DNA of 30,736 nt. Source: a virus (taxonomy: Duplodnaviria; Caudoviricetes). The notes beneath the pieces were generated by a model. It made no database searches. It saw nothing but the letters and a program-made list of their open reading frames with translations, and was not told the origin of the DNA. The stretch's first letter is position 1. Every line of letters starts with the position of its first letter. Positions 16,648 through 26,975 of the stretch are shown piece after piece. The DNA is taken from positions 1 to 30,736 of IMG/VR virus record IMGVR_UViG_3300037462_000402. One strand, given 5' to 3'. The position numbers and the translations under genes were made by a program.

Positions 16648-17778
16648 ATGGCAGTATCTGCAATGCCCACGCACGGGTTACTTGATTATTGGGCTTCCCG
16701 GATGGGGGTTAGCCCATGGCATTTTAACCAGATTAAAGGAGCGGGGCTTTATGCTCCGCTCACCGATCAGGGCGCGGACGTGTACACACAACTCGAACGC
16801 GATGTGATCGGTGAAGGCATCGCCGTGGCGGTTCAGGAAGCAGCACAGTATTTACAATTTTATCCCCGTCCCGTTTGGTTTTCAGGCGAAATTGTTCCTA
16901 TTGATCGCACCGAGATCTCAAATCCAATGCGCTTTAAAACGCGCTGGAAATGGGTAAATAGCCTAGGAGCGCGTGCAGTGTCGTTAATTGCGTCTAACGC
17001 AAGCGTCACATATTCGGATCAAGATGGGGACGGCACAAATGAAACCGCCACAATCACGGTGTCAACATCAGTTACAGATCCGAACGAGATCCATGTGTTT
17101 TACCGTGTTGGCGATCGGGCTGACAACCGCGTGATCTTCGATAGTGCCGATCCCACCGATGAGCGTTGGCGGATCGAACCGTTGCGCGTGTCGGTTAGCG
17201 GCGGCGTGGCAACGCTCACAGGGCATCGTTCACTGTTTGTCAGCCCTGCACTTTGGGCGCTGCCTTACCGTGAACCGAACTACAACGCATCAAGTAAACG
17301 TGCTGGTGATACGTCAAACACAGGTGATTTTGTCACACAGGTGGATGTATATCGCGTTTATGCTGACTCCGGTCAGGCGGTGCGCTTGTGCTATATAGAT
17401 ACCAATGGTGCGATCCAGTTCGATACGCCCACGAATGTCGGTATTGAAGATCAGCAGTTTGGGATTGTTTATGCCAAGCCCACGCTATCGCGTCCTTACG
17501 AGTACGCGGTACTGAACTACCGTGCTGGCTATCCTGAGAATGGCGCGCAGCGAGAGCAATTGCGTAACGCGATCATTCGTCTCTCGAATTGTCGTCAGCC
17601 GCTACCTCCAACATCAAACACCGATCGGCGATTGATTGTTGATCAATTTGACACGATGGTGGAGCTTATGGGGGATCGCCCTGCCAATGAGCCGGGATTG
17701 TTTGGTAGCAAAAATGGGGAGTTGGCCGCGGCGCGAGTGGTTGAAGCAATGCGTGTGAAACCTGTCTTTTTCGCTTAG
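16648..17778 (+). CDS. Putative head-tail adaptor/connector with a large beta-rich insertion
   Basis: Position after the head genes. Adaptor-like A..YL..YP at the N-terminus and LNYRAGYP...LRNAIIRL near the C-terminus. Confidence 0.55.
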   Translation: MAVSAMPTHGLLDYWASRMGVSPWHFNQIKGAGLYAPLTDQGADVYTQLERDVIGEGIAVAVQEAAQYLQFYPRPVWFSGEIVPIDRTEISNPMRFKTRWKWVNSLGARAVSLIASNASVTYSDQDGDGTNETATITVSTSVTDPNEIHVFYRVGDRADNRVIFDSADPTDERWRIEPLRVSVSGGVATLTGHRSLFVSPALWALPYREPNYNASSKRAGDTSNTGDFVTQVDVYRVYADSGQAVRLCYIDTNGAIQFDTPTNVGIEDQQFGIVYAKPTLSRPYEYAVLNYRAGYPENGAQREQLRNAIIRLSNCRQPLPPTSNTDRRLIVDQFDTMVELMGDRPANEPGLFGSKNGELAAARVVEAMRVKPVFFA

Positions 17779-17786
17779 GGGGTATC

Positions 17787-17981
17787 GTGAAAATCAAATA
17801 CACGAGTACGTACACAGAAGTGATCAAGTTGATGGATTGGCAAGGTGAGGAAGTCATGCTTGATCCGGCTTATCCTGAAATGGATCTTGATCAAGGGTTG
17901 GCTGAGGCGATTCTCAATAAATATCCCAATTCATTTAGCGAGGTTGTGTCAACGAAGCGAGGCAAGGCAGACGATGCCTAG
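17787..17981 (+). CDS. Small hypothetical virion-associated protein
   Basis: GGGGGT RBS and GTG start; overlaps the next gene. Confidence 0.55.
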   Translation: MKIKYTSTYTEVIKLMDWQGEEVMLDPAYPEMDLDQGLAEAILNKYPNSFSEVVSTKRGKADDA

Positions 17982-18492
17982 CATTTACCGCCACATGTTA
18001 GCACATGCGCTACAAAAACAAGCCGATCAACTGATCGATCGGATTGATATGGAGATGTCACAGACGGCGAGTGACACGGTAGCACGCTTCGTTGAGGTGG
18101 TAATCAAATGGCGAACTCGGTTGGCATTTGCCCGACGGCACGCTGTCCAGCAACGTATCAACACGCGCCAATGGCAGATCATCGCGATTGGGGACGAAAA
18201 AGCTTTAAACATTTGGACATGGGTTGATAAAGGAACTTTACCACACATCATCCGACCCAAGCAAGCAGGCGGGCGTTTGGTGTTTCAGTTAGGCTATAGT
18301 GCGTTCACCCGTCCTATCGCTAATGCCAATGTTGGAAATGGGACATACGCAGGCCCGACAGTGATCGCGCAAGTGGTGTATCACCCCGGCACAGAGGCAC
18401 GCGAGTTCGCAGCCTATTACGCGCTAGAGGCAGAAGAACGCCTTGTAGCGCGGATTAAACAAATCGTTCACAGGATGAATCAAAGGAGATAG
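17974..18492 (+). CDS. HK97 gp10-like tail completion/neck protein
   Basis: WVDKGTLPHIIRPK...LVF...VYHPGT pattern typical of this family. Confidence 0.7.
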   Translation: MPSIYRHMLAHALQKQADQLIDRIDMEMSQTASDTVARFVEVVIKWRTRLAFARRHAVQQRINTRQWQIIAIGDEKALNIWTWVDKGTLPHIIRPKQAGGRLVFQLGYSAFTRPIANANVGNGTYAGPTVIAQVVYHPGTEAREFAAYYALEAEERLVARIKQIVHRMNQRR

Positions 18493-18495
18493 ACC

Positions 18496-19971
18496 ATGAC
18501 CGATAGCGCTAAATGGAATTCAAGCCGGACGAAAGTCTGGCTACAACCTCGCGGCCCGGGTTTTCCGCTTTCACCTATTGACGTGGAATCCGACGCTTTC
18601 GATGGGTTGTCGGGTGGTGAAACTACTTTCGCGACCGAATTCGCAGAAGGCAAGGCGGTGCGTCGGCGTAAAACTGGCAATCCGTCTGATCGTCAGTTTA
18701 ATCTGATGTCACGCACTGGCTATGCTGAAGACCAATTGCGTGAATTAGCTCGCCGGAGCACTAAAGATGGAGAGCTGTTCGGTGTATTGACCTTGGCAGA
18801 GGTACAGGGTGGCGATCCGACAACGTTCCGGGCCGGGTTCATTTTTACCGATGCAACGCTGTCAATGCCAAGCTATGATAAACCCCTGCGGCAGTCAACT
18901 ACAGGTGACGACTCGACCCCAATGCAAACATTTTCGGGGACTGCAAGCATTGAAGAAGAGGTGCGCCAACTGGTGCATTTGCGATCTGGTGTCACCACAG
19001 TTAATGCGGCGATCAACCATGTGATCCCAATTTCAGATCGTGATAACGAGTACCTGATGGTGGGTGACTCGGTTTCACCTGCGACCACACCACGCTTGTA
19101 CTACTATCGCTTGAATGAGGATGGTACGAAAACGTTTAAAACCCTGATCCTCAACACGATCACCAATGGCGTAGCGGAGCGGGTCGCATTATATGGCGAT
19201 CGTGTGTTGATCGCTGCATCCGGGACATCGGCAGGCATGTGGGCAGCATCGCTGACCACGATCAAAGCATTGGCTACTGGCGCTAACTTGAGCGCGACCC
19301 AAGTCAGCGCGTCAGTAATCAGCAGTGCGCCTAATGATGTACGCTCGATTGGGCGTTACGTCTTGGCCTGTGGAAATTCCGGTGCGATCTGGATTAGTCG
19401 GGATGGTGGCTTTAGCTTTACCTTGTTGGGGACACCCACTGCCAATAATCTCACGCGGATCGCAGGAGTGAGTGATAACGATGTGTGGTTTGGAGGTGCT
19501 TCCGGCACATTGGTACGGTGGTATCTTGGGAACGCCCTCACGGTTATTTCACCGTCGGTGATCACCGGGGACAACGTCACTTCGTTGGCGATCCCACAAC
19601 GCGAATCGGTCGATACGATCGTCCGCAGCTGGATTTATCTTGGTACGAACACTGGGGAGATCTGGTATAGCAGTGATGCAGGGGTAACGTGGGCACGGGC
19701 GTTTTTCCCCGGTGATGGGTCAGGGACGGTCACAGATCTGCAATTTGCAGGTTTACGTGGGGCAGTATTGGGGATTTTGCATACCAGTGCCGTGCCAGCT
19801 ACACGCACATTGTTCGACTATTCCGGTGGGTACGGAGGGTTTGCTGTTCGGGATGTGACTGCTCCGATCTCTGTTCAAATGAATTCCTTGGCCGCCACCG
19901 ACGTTAATGGCTTCATCGCCGTGGGCGAGGTTAACAGCAGTCTGGGTTACGTGGGTGAGGTGATCGGATAA
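18496..19971 (+). CDS. Putative major tail tube protein with C-terminal Asp-box beta-propeller
   Basis: Sits between the neck and chaperone genes. Asp-boxes ISRDGGFSF (19393-19419) and YSSDAGVTW (19666-19692) with repeated (A/G)xGxxG blades. Strong AAGGAG RBS. Confidence 0.65.
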   Translation: MTDSAKWNSSRTKVWLQPRGPGFPLSPIDVESDAFDGLSGGETTFATEFAEGKAVRRRKTGNPSDRQFNLMSRTGYAEDQLRELARRSTKDGELFGVLTLAEVQGGDPTTFRAGFIFTDATLSMPSYDKPLRQSTTGDDSTPMQTFSGTASIEEEVRQLVHLRSGVTTVNAAINHVIPISDRDNEYLMVGDSVSPATTPRLYYYRLNEDGTKTFKTLILNTITNGVAERVALYGDRVLIAASGTSAGMWAASLTTIKALATGANLSATQVSASVISSAPNDVRSIGRYVLACGNSGAIWISRDGGFSFTLLGTPTANNLTRIAGVSDNDVWFGGASGTLVRWYLGNALTVISPSVITGDNVTSLAIPQRESVDTIVRSWIYLGTNTGEIWYSSDAGVTWARAFFPGDGSGTVTDLQFAGLRGAVLGILHTSAVPATRTLFDYSGGYGGFAVRDVTAPISVQMNSLAATDVNGFIAVGEVNSSLGYVGEVIG

Positions 19972-20516
19972 TGGTCAATACGGGGCAAACACTGATCAAG
20001 CTTCGGAGCGGGGTTGAAATCGTGGTTGCCCCGTTATCGCCTTACGCACGCGAACGATTGTGGTCTGATGCGTTCGCTCATTATCCCTATCCCGATCCAG
20101 TTACCTATGAGGTGGTGCTGGAAGGACAAATAGACTTAGCAGGCAAACCGGCCCGATTGCCTGCGGACGAAAATCCTGCGTATGCAGAAATTTGTCGTGG
20201 GATTGATAAGCTTCGTCAATCTCGTCTTGAAAATCAAACTTTGCGAATGTGTGTGCAATCAGAGCATGAAGAAAAGCTCATCACACAGTATCAACATGCC
20301 TTGAAAATGATGCGCGAGGGAAACTTCCCCGATCTGCCTGAGGATGACTTCATCGCGATCTTGCGTTGTTTCCTCACCAATACGCTAGAGATAGCGCGAA
20401 TCTTCGCAGTGATTTCGCAAGTATTGGAACTGACTGAGGAGGAGATCCGGGATGGGTTCGGTTTTTTTCGGTTACACATATCGGGGAATACCACTGCACG
20501 ATCTGATCATCCATAA
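19971..20516 (+). CDS. Tail assembly chaperone (gpG-like)
   Basis: Position between tail tube and tape measure; acidic and helical; T7 run near the 3' end. Confidence 0.65.
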   Translation: MVNTGQTLIKLRSGVEIVVAPLSPYARERLWSDAFAHYPYPDPVTYEVVLEGQIDLAGKPARLPADENPAYAEICRGIDKLRQSRLENQTLRMCVQSEHEEKLITQYQHALKMMREGNFPDLPEDDFIAILRCFLTNTLEIARIFAVISQVLELTEEEIRDGFGFFRLHISGNTTARSDHP

Positions 20517-20784
20517 AGGGCACGTTGTCCTCAAAGCACCAAATTACCTCAAGGCGCGGGGCGTGGCAGCAGAATACGACGCAGCAGCGGAGTTTGGACT
20601 TATCCCTGATCCAACACTCAGCATCGATTCTGGTCGAAATTGGTTCTGTGTACCGCGTCCGGCGCGTGCCACCATGGTTGCACATATTCAGATCAAAGCG
20701 CTAACCAGTGGCATTAGCCAGTTGGATCAGGCAGATTTCTGGGAGCGATACGCGGAGCAACGCGCCAAAGCGAAAGGGAAGTGA
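20452..20784 (+). CDS. Tail assembly chaperone second ORF (gpT-like)
   Basis: Overlaps the chaperone in the +1 frame and ends just before the tape measure gene. Confidence 0.6.
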   Translation: MGSVFFGYTYRGIPLHDLIIHKGHVVLKAPNYLKARGVAAEYDAAAEFGLIPDPTLSIDSGRNWFCVPRPARATMVAHIQIKALTSGISQLDQADFWERYAEQRAKAKGK

Positions 20785-20785
20785 C

Positions 20786-23722
20786 ATGGCTGAACAAGTA
20801 ATCATTGACCTCGCGTTGCAAATGTCGCGATTTCAAAACCAGCTAAATCAAGGGATCGCTGCATCAAGGCGATTTGACAGGGCAATCACTGAACTCATCA
20901 TGCGTGCTAACAGGCTTGAAAACGCGCTGAACAGTCTGGATACCTCGCTCAAGTTAGATGTAGATCTTGGTGATCTGAATCGTGCAATTAATCGCGTTGA
21001 TGCAATTGATGGACGATCGCCTAACATTGATGTCCAAGTGGACAGTAGCGAACTGGATCGCTTGGAGTCTGACATCAACGCAGTTGATGGACAAACACCT
21101 AACGTTGATGTCCAAGTGGACAAACGCAAGGTGGAAGATGTGCAGTCAGAGATACAAGGCATTGATGGACAAACGCCTAATGTGACTGTGCAGGCTGACG
21201 CAGGTCAACTAGAACAGGTGGTACACCTGTTGCAACAAGTACGTTCGTTATCGGTAATCGATGTGGTCATGAATATGGCAGGCGGTGGGATTATCGAAGC
21301 GATCACTGGCGCGCCAATTGTCAGTGATATTGTGGACATTGATGGCGCGTTAACGCTGTTCCAGCGCTCAACTGGGCTGGCGCGTGACGAGTTTGACGGA
21401 CTTGACGTAATCATTAACGATCAGTTCGCCACAGGGTTAGGTCATACACGAGGTGAGATCGCGTTAGTGGCAGCAGACCTTGTTAAGGCAGGCGTGAGCA
21501 TGGAAGATCTGCCATACACGCTTAGCCAAACATTGGCAACGGCGGCCAACACAGGGGAAGATGTCAACACGATTTTACAGACTCAATCAAGTCTGGTGCG
21601 AACCGGCCTGGCCGGGTCGTATTCTGAAGCTGCGGACATGATCACGCGAGGCTTTCAGTTAGGACTGAACGTGTCTGGCGATTTTTTGGACACGTTGCAT
21701 GAGTATGCACCTGTGTTTCAATCAATGGGGCTTACCGCTGACCAATCACTCGCTTTCCTAAATAGCGGGTTACAGGCAGGTGCATTCAACACCGACAAGC
21801 TCGGTGATTCGTTAAAAGAGCTTCAAATACTATTGACTGAGGCTCTCACGGCCGGGGAGGGCGCTACTTTTGACGCGCTGACGGCGTTGGATTTGGTTGA
21901 TGACGCTGAAGCTTTCAAACGAGGTGAAACCACTGGAGCAGACTTCATTCAAGGGGTACGCACTGCGTTGGCCGATCCGGCACTAACTGAAGCACAACGC
22001 CAACAATACCTGATCGATATTTTTGGCACACCTGTTGAAGATGTCGGGGCAGCGAATTTTCTACAGATCGATCCGGCCGCGATCAATGCCGGAGTTGGAA
22101 TTACGGCGGGAATGGCAACGGACGCGATGCAAACCGGACGTAACCCCTTGCAAATGATGAATGAGATCATCCAACTCGCACGCAACGATTTGTCCGAGGC
22201 CATGCGAATCGGTGGGCGACCGCTCACCGAAATTCTGGATGAGGCAAAGATCAAGTTACAGGAAGTGATCGATCTGATGCGTGATGGCAAATCGTTGCCA
22301 GACGCAATTGAGATCGCGTTTCAGGCGCAAGGATTTAGCGAGTCAATTGACCGATTCCAGTCGTTCATTGGCAACCTGTTTATTGAAATTCTAAACGGGT
22401 TTGCCAATGTGCTGGACGGACTTGGGTATGGGGAAGCAGCGGCTAACATCCGGGGCTTTACTGCACAGGCTTCGGAGCGGCAACTTGGCTTTGATATTCA
22501 GTTGGCCGAGAGCGAAGCGGAGTTCGCACAAACTGTCGAAACAGCCCTCAATAGAGGGGTAAGCGCGGCGGGGGTTGGGGCGGCGATTACGACTGCGATC
22601 AATGAGGCAATCGCCGCGGGTAATTTTGCTGAAGCACAACGCTTAATTGATGCGACTGGCACATCACAACAAAATCAACGCTTGGTCACATACACAAACC
22701 AAAGCGGCAACACGTCGCAAATTGTGATCACGGTTGATCCTGAGATGACTGAAGAACAAATCAACGACGAAGCGTGGCGGGCAGCATTTGACAGTGGCAA
22801 CATCGATCCATTAAACCTCGCCGTAACCGTCAGTCCAATGATCGAAATTGATACGTCTGGTTCTGAAGCCACATTGCGCGCCGATATGGAAGCAGAGATC
22901 AATCGTTTGATTGGGCAGGGAGACTATAACGCAGCCCTGCCCATTGCGATCCAGATCGGTGATCAAGCGTTAATTGATGCAGTTCGTTCGGGTGCAAACG
23001 CCGTCTTTACATCGCAGATTATCCCATCCGGGCCGGATCAACAAATTGGCAGTCCGATTTATGGCGCACCATTCCCATTACCCGCGGGTCAAGCTGCACC
23101 ATGGCAATTCTTCACCGAACAGAACGCAACATTCACAATTGCCATGACTGAACAAACCGAGGCGGTTGAGGCAGGAAGCGAAGCAGTGGGTTTGCTTGGC
23201 GACGAGACTGCGAGACTCGCAACAGACGGTGTGCGTGATATGGGGTTGTTTGGAAACGCAGCAGAAGATGTTGCAGCACGGACTGAGGAAGCGTGGAATC
23301 GGGCGCGAGATGCAATTGAGGGGGCAAGAAACCGCGCTTTGGGGGGGGGAGTAATTGACCCGGTGGTGATGCAAATTCAGTTGGGACTAAATCCAACGAC
23401 AACCGCTTCACCAAGCCCTGAAAACCCAATTGTGATCCCGCCTGCCAACAACCAAAGCGGTGGTTTAGTGACGGCGGGTACGCAGTCCTACGTTAGTGAG
23501 GATGGTAAACGTGAGTTGATCACGGCACAGACGGATCTCGCTGTTCTCAACAATCGTACCACCGAGGCTCTGTTTTCAGGGATTGCCGCCGGACTCAACA
23601 TGGCGGGCGGGCGCGGGGGTGGTGACACATTTGTGAATGTGTACATCACCCAAAACAATAACGGCCTGCCGCAGGCAGCGAGTGGGAATAGTAACCTAGT
23701 ACGCCAGATCAGGGGGTTCTGA
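20786..23722 (+). CDS. Tail tape measure protein
   Basis: About 978 aa, Ala/Gly-rich and helical. Minor-tail core DFLDTLHEYAPVF..MGL...GAFNTDKLGDSLKE and C-terminal GG.V..G....VSEDG.RELI. Confidence 0.9.
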   Translation: MAEQVIIDLALQMSRFQNQLNQGIAASRRFDRAITELIMRANRLENALNSLDTSLKLDVDLGDLNRAINRVDAIDGRSPNIDVQVDSSELDRLESDINAVDGQTPNVDVQVDKRKVEDVQSEIQGIDGQTPNVTVQADAGQLEQVVHLLQQVRSLSVIDVVMNMAGGGIIEAITGAPIVSDIVDIDGALTLFQRSTGLARDEFDGLDVIINDQFATGLGHTRGEIALVAADLVKAGVSMEDLPYTLSQTLATAANTGEDVNTILQTQSSLVRTGLAGSYSEAADMITRGFQLGLNVSGDFLDTLHEYAPVFQSMGLTADQSLAFLNSGLQAGAFNTDKLGDSLKELQILLTEALTAGEGATFDALTALDLVDDAEAFKRGETTGADFIQGVRTALADPALTEAQRQQYLIDIFGTPVEDVGAANFLQIDPAAINAGVGITAGMATDAMQTGRNPLQMMNEIIQLARNDLSEAMRIGGRPLTEILDEAKIKLQEVIDLMRDGKSLPDAIEIAFQAQGFSESIDRFQSFIGNLFIEILNGFANVLDGLGYGEAAANIRGFTAQASERQLGFDIQLAESEAEFAQTVETALNRGVSAAGVGAAITTAINEAIAAGNFAEAQRLIDATGTSQQNQRLVTYTNQSGNTSQIVITVDPEMTEEQINDEAWRAAFDSGNIDPLNLAVTVSPMIEIDTSGSEATLRADMEAEINRLIGQGDYNAALPIAIQIGDQALIDAVRSGANAVFTSQIIPSGPDQQIGSPIYGAPFPLPAGQAAPWQFFTEQNATFTIAMTEQTEAVEAGSEAVGLLGDETARLATDGVRDMGLFGNAAEDVAARTEEAWNRARDAIEGARNRALGGGVIDPVVMQIQLGLNPTTTASPSPENPIVIPPANNQSGGLVTAGTQSYVSEDGKRELITAQTDLAVLNNRTTEALFSGIAAGLNMAGGRGGGDTFVNVYITQNNNGLPQAASGNSNLVRQIRGF
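21006..21199 (+). repeat. Three tandem 78-nt (26-aa) repeats in the tape measure N-terminus
   Basis: TTGATGGAC...CCTAA units start at 21006, 21084 and 21162, encoding (I/V)DG(R/Q)(S/T)PN(I/V)xVQ(V/A)D. Confidence 0.85.
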
Positions 23723-25374
23723 TGGAATTGCGAATTTTTAAGGGCGTGCCTTCAGCTGCTTCGTTGGGACTTACCAGTGTCACTGATCTGATACCAGAGG
23801 TGATCGATTTGGTGAATGGGGATTTCCGCTTGGTGGATCAAAATGGGATACCCAGTTGGACACCCAAGATTGCGACGATCAAAAACAATGGCACGCGGGC
23901 AGACAGTGCCGTAACTGATGGGAGTGAGTTGTTGACCGCGTCGGTTGGCAATGTGATCGAGACGATGACATTGATCACAGGTGCAAATACGACAACAGTT
24001 GCGATGAAGGCAGACACAGTGATGCGATTGCAGGATTTTGCCCGTGCTGCGCGTGAATTTACGATTGAGGCATGGCAGGAACAACCTGTCTACCTCGCGT
24101 GGCTTCCGGCGGCCGGCGTGGGTTGGCAATACGCATTGATCATCAATATCGACATCGACATTTCGCGTTTGAACTCATCTGATGCAAACGATCCACCGCA
24201 GTTGACCATTGCGATTGAACGTGAGCCTTATTGGAGACCTGTTGCGCCGGGGGATAACCCCAAAAAATGGACGTTTGAGCAACGTGGGTTAAGGCCAACC
24301 AGTGGCGCATCACCTAGTGTCACTGAGTATAACCATACGCACTTGACCATATATGGGGGTGCTTATTCCCTCCCATATACTGCATCGGTGGAAGGCGCGG
24401 TACTGAACTACATGGCCAGCAACATTCCGGGGGGGAATTATCTTGACATTCCTGCCAGTTTGATACCCGGTGATGCCCCTGCATTGTGTTACATCGCGGG
24501 TGATATTCCGGGTCTGATCTCGGAGAGCGCACGCTATTTGTTTATTTCACGCACAACCCGACGAGATTACCTACCTGCGGACGGGGTGAACAAACAGCGG
24601 TTTAGTTGGAATGGTGGGGATGCAAGTCTTTCGATTGCGCCCGGCACAGCCACTAAACCCAATGTGTCTGGCGGGATCATTTCAAATGGTAGTACGACGT
24701 TAACCTATGTGGCGCAGCTTGCGTTTTCTGGTGCTGGTACTGGTTTGATGACATGGGCAATACCCATGATCCAAGTGATGCCGGGGCGTTACCGGGTCTT
24801 TGTGCGTAACAAGGTAACGTCAGGTATCGCTGGAAACATCACGATGAGGGCCTCATACAATGGGTTATCTGCGACTCAATTTGTGGCAGGGGTAACGACA
24901 GGGGCAGCGACGTGGTACGACATTGTTGATCTTGGCGTGTTGGATCTGTCGTTGGGGGCATCCAAAACCCTCGTAACGACTAGTGGAATAGGCGTTTTAG
25001 CACCAACCATTACCGCGGACTTGATGTTAAGTTTCGTAGCAACCGCGGCGGTAACGATTCAAGTGGCAGACATCATTTTTATCCCACTCGAAAACAGCGT
25101 GCTAATTGAGCGGGTGAGTGGTTCAATACATTATGACAACACAGGTTATCTAACTCGTGGTCAACCACAGGCGATCGCTGTCGCGCCGGACGGCGTAGGG
25201 CGGGTGAACGTGGTTGAATCGCGAGGGATTGGGATCACCCTTGTGCCTCGCGTAAACAACCGGATCTGGTTTTTTCAGGTGCTGCTGAATGGTTCAAACA
25301 CCTACGCACCTGTGGCTAGTTACCCGATGCACGCGCAGGTATTGCCGCGTTGGTCGGGGGTACGCAACCTATGA
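23722..25374 (+). CDS. Distal tail (Dit-like) protein with inserted beta-sandwich/carbohydrate-binding-like region
   Basis: Follows the tape measure gene. LTIAIEREPYW, IPGDAPA, GRYRVFVR and terminal VLPRW; beta-rich. Confidence 0.6.
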   Translation: MELRIFKGVPSAASLGLTSVTDLIPEVIDLVNGDFRLVDQNGIPSWTPKIATIKNNGTRADSAVTDGSELLTASVGNVIETMTLITGANTTTVAMKADTVMRLQDFARAAREFTIEAWQEQPVYLAWLPAAGVGWQYALIINIDIDISRLNSSDANDPPQLTIAIEREPYWRPVAPGDNPKKWTFEQRGLRPTSGASPSVTEYNHTHLTIYGGAYSLPYTASVEGAVLNYMASNIPGGNYLDIPASLIPGDAPALCYIAGDIPGLISESARYLFISRTTRRDYLPADGVNKQRFSWNGGDASLSIAPGTATKPNVSGGIISNGSTTLTYVAQLAFSGAGTGLMTWAIPMIQVMPGRYRVFVRNKVTSGIAGNITMRASYNGLSATQFVAGVTTGAATWYDIVDLGVLDLSLGASKTLVTTSGIGVLAPTITADLMLSFVATAAVTIQVADIIFIPLENSVLIERVSGSIHYDNTGYLTRGQPQAIAVAPDGVGRVNVVESRGIGITLVPRVNNRIWFFQVLLNGSNTYAPVASYPMHAQVLPRWSGVRNL

Positions 25375-26576
25375 CCCCACCAGTGATGCTTAATGTGTAT
25401 GGGAAGTTTGCGAAAGGTGGATCGAACACGTTTATCACCACCTTTCGCACGCATGGTTATAAACACAAAAAAAGCGCGTATGGGGGTGACGATACCGCTT
25501 CATGCGCGCTAATCGTTAATCGACAAACCGCCGAGGCGCTCTATGCCAATCAGGTGGGCAATACCGTGCGTTTGTTCATTGATGATCCGATCACGCCGAT
25601 CTTTGAGGGGTTGATCAGCCGGATCACGTATGAGATCGGGAGCGTGGTTTTCACGCGAGGCATTGACGAAATGATGAATCGTATCAAGGTCACATTTTAC
25701 AATGCTGATAGCGCGTTGGCACGAAAAACAGAAGAAACTGCCACGATTAACTCGCTGTTATCACAGGAGATCTATGGTGTAAAAAGTGGCAATCTGGATT
25801 CAGGCGTGCATTTTAACAATGTGAACAAAACGCGCCAGAACACACTTGCGACCACCCTCCGGCAGGTGTATGCACTACCGCAAGTGTCAACCGCTGCCAG
25901 ATCCGGTGGCGGTGTGGCAGTCTTGATCGAAATCATCGGGTTCTATCATCTGTGGGAGTGGGAACACTATGTTGATACCAGTAACGCGATTTTCGATGCG
26001 TCCGTGATTTTTACTGGTGTGGCTTGTGGATCGCGGAAACCAAGCAATGCTTCGTCAATCTACGAGGACAACACGATTACAGGGTTTGACGCATTTATCC
26101 AGACAAATGCGTCGTTTCAGATGGCGTACAACTCACAAACTGGACAATCCTACGATCAATATATTCGATCGTTGATTGAAATTGGGGACGGCACAAAGCC
26201 TTGGGTGGCCGGCATTACCCCCACAGATTTTAATCGAAAAACAAGGCGTGTGTACTATCGTGCAGCAAACACTTCGATTCAGTACACGTATCGGGCATTA
26301 AGTAGTCCGCGAATCTACGATCTGTATGGACGCGCAATAGACGGCTGGCGCGTGCAGGCAGACGCAGGTATTCGCGTGGTAGACGTGCTGACAAATAACG
26401 TCAGCGTGGATGATCCAACGACGGCATATCTCGAATCAATCGAGTATGACCATGAGACGCAAGCGGTTGTGTGGCAAAGCGGCGATGATCAGACGATCGA
26501 AGGTGCGATGCGATTGCGTCGTTACTACAACAAGCATGGAGCGCGTTTTGGCGCTCCGGTCAGACAATTGGTCTAG
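25371..26576 (+). CDS. Tail tip/hub (Tal-like) protein
   Basis: Follows Dit with ATGA overlap; IFEGLISRI, NRIKVTF and SQEIYGVK patterns. Confidence 0.55.
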   Translation: MTPPVMLNVYGKFAKGGSNTFITTFRTHGYKHKKSAYGGDDTASCALIVNRQTAEALYANQVGNTVRLFIDDPITPIFEGLISRITYEIGSVVFTRGIDEMMNRIKVTFYNADSALARKTEETATINSLLSQEIYGVKSGNLDSGVHFNNVNKTRQNTLATTLRQVYALPQVSTAARSGGGVAVLIEIIGFYHLWEWEHYVDTSNAIFDASVIFTGVACGSRKPSNASSIYEDNTITGFDAFIQTNASFQMAYNSQTGQSYDQYIRSLIEIGDGTKPWVAGITPTDFNRKTRRVYYRAANTSIQYTYRALSSPRIYDLYGRAIDGWRVQADAGIRVVDVLTNNVSVDDPTTAYLESIEYDHETQAVVWQSGDDQTIEGAMRLRRYYNKHGARFGAPVRQLV

Positions 26577-26588
26577 GAGGCTTACATC

Positions 26589-26873
26589 ATGAAGGCGATT
26601 GTTGTTTTGTTAGGCGTGTTTTTGTTAGGCGTATTGTTGGGGATGGCGGGAGATCTTGGGATTGCCCAAACCGCCACACCGGAGACTCGATGGACGGTGA
26701 CACCTGTTCCGACAAGTGAATACGATCCATTCATTTGTCCACCGGGGATCGTTGGGCGAGACGGCGCGGGTGATTGGCATTATCAGGTATTGACACACTC
26801 TCGCTATATTGAGATCGATCGCGAGTTGCGTTGTCGATACCGGGTGGAGACGCTGCGCGTACCAGCACGATAA
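26589..26873 (+). CDS. Small secreted/membrane protein
   Basis: AGGAGG RBS; signal-peptide-like MKAIVVLLGVFLLGVLLG..IA-QTATPE; two Cys. Confidence 0.65.
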   Translation: MKAIVVLLGVFLLGVLLGMAGDLGIAQTATPETRWTVTPVPTSEYDPFICPPGIVGRDGAGDWHYQVLTHSRYIEIDRELRCRYRVETLRVPAR

Positions 26874-26886
26874 TTTTTAGGGAAGT

Positions 26887-26974
26887 GGTACTGCGCTGCC
26901 TCCTGTTCCTGACGTTGCTCCCCGGCCCGTTGGGGGCAGGACGTAGCGCAGTACCCAAAAAGGGGCCGGGGGTG
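26887..26974 (+). ncRNA. Structured intergenic RNA: 28-bp stem plus loop/RBS pairing
   Basis: 26887-26914 pairs with 26928-26955 (27 of 28 pairs, 5 G-U). 26919-26928 is complementary to 26963-26972, which covers the RBS of ATG 26976. Confidence 0.6.
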
Positions 26975-26975
26975 T

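Noticed and set aside
21006-21199. CRISPR-like or DGR repeat
   Set aside because: The repeats are in-frame, degenerate coding repeats of the tape measure protein; there is no reverse transcriptase or cas gene.
23341-23349. G9 tract in the tape measure gene (and G8 at 16634-16641) as phase-variation sites
   Set aside because: Frames are intact and there is no read-level evidence; the G8 run is simply part of an RBS region.
26605-26632. 13-nt direct repeat TTTTGTTAGGCGT
   Set aside because: Explained by a repeated LLGV unit in a signal peptide.
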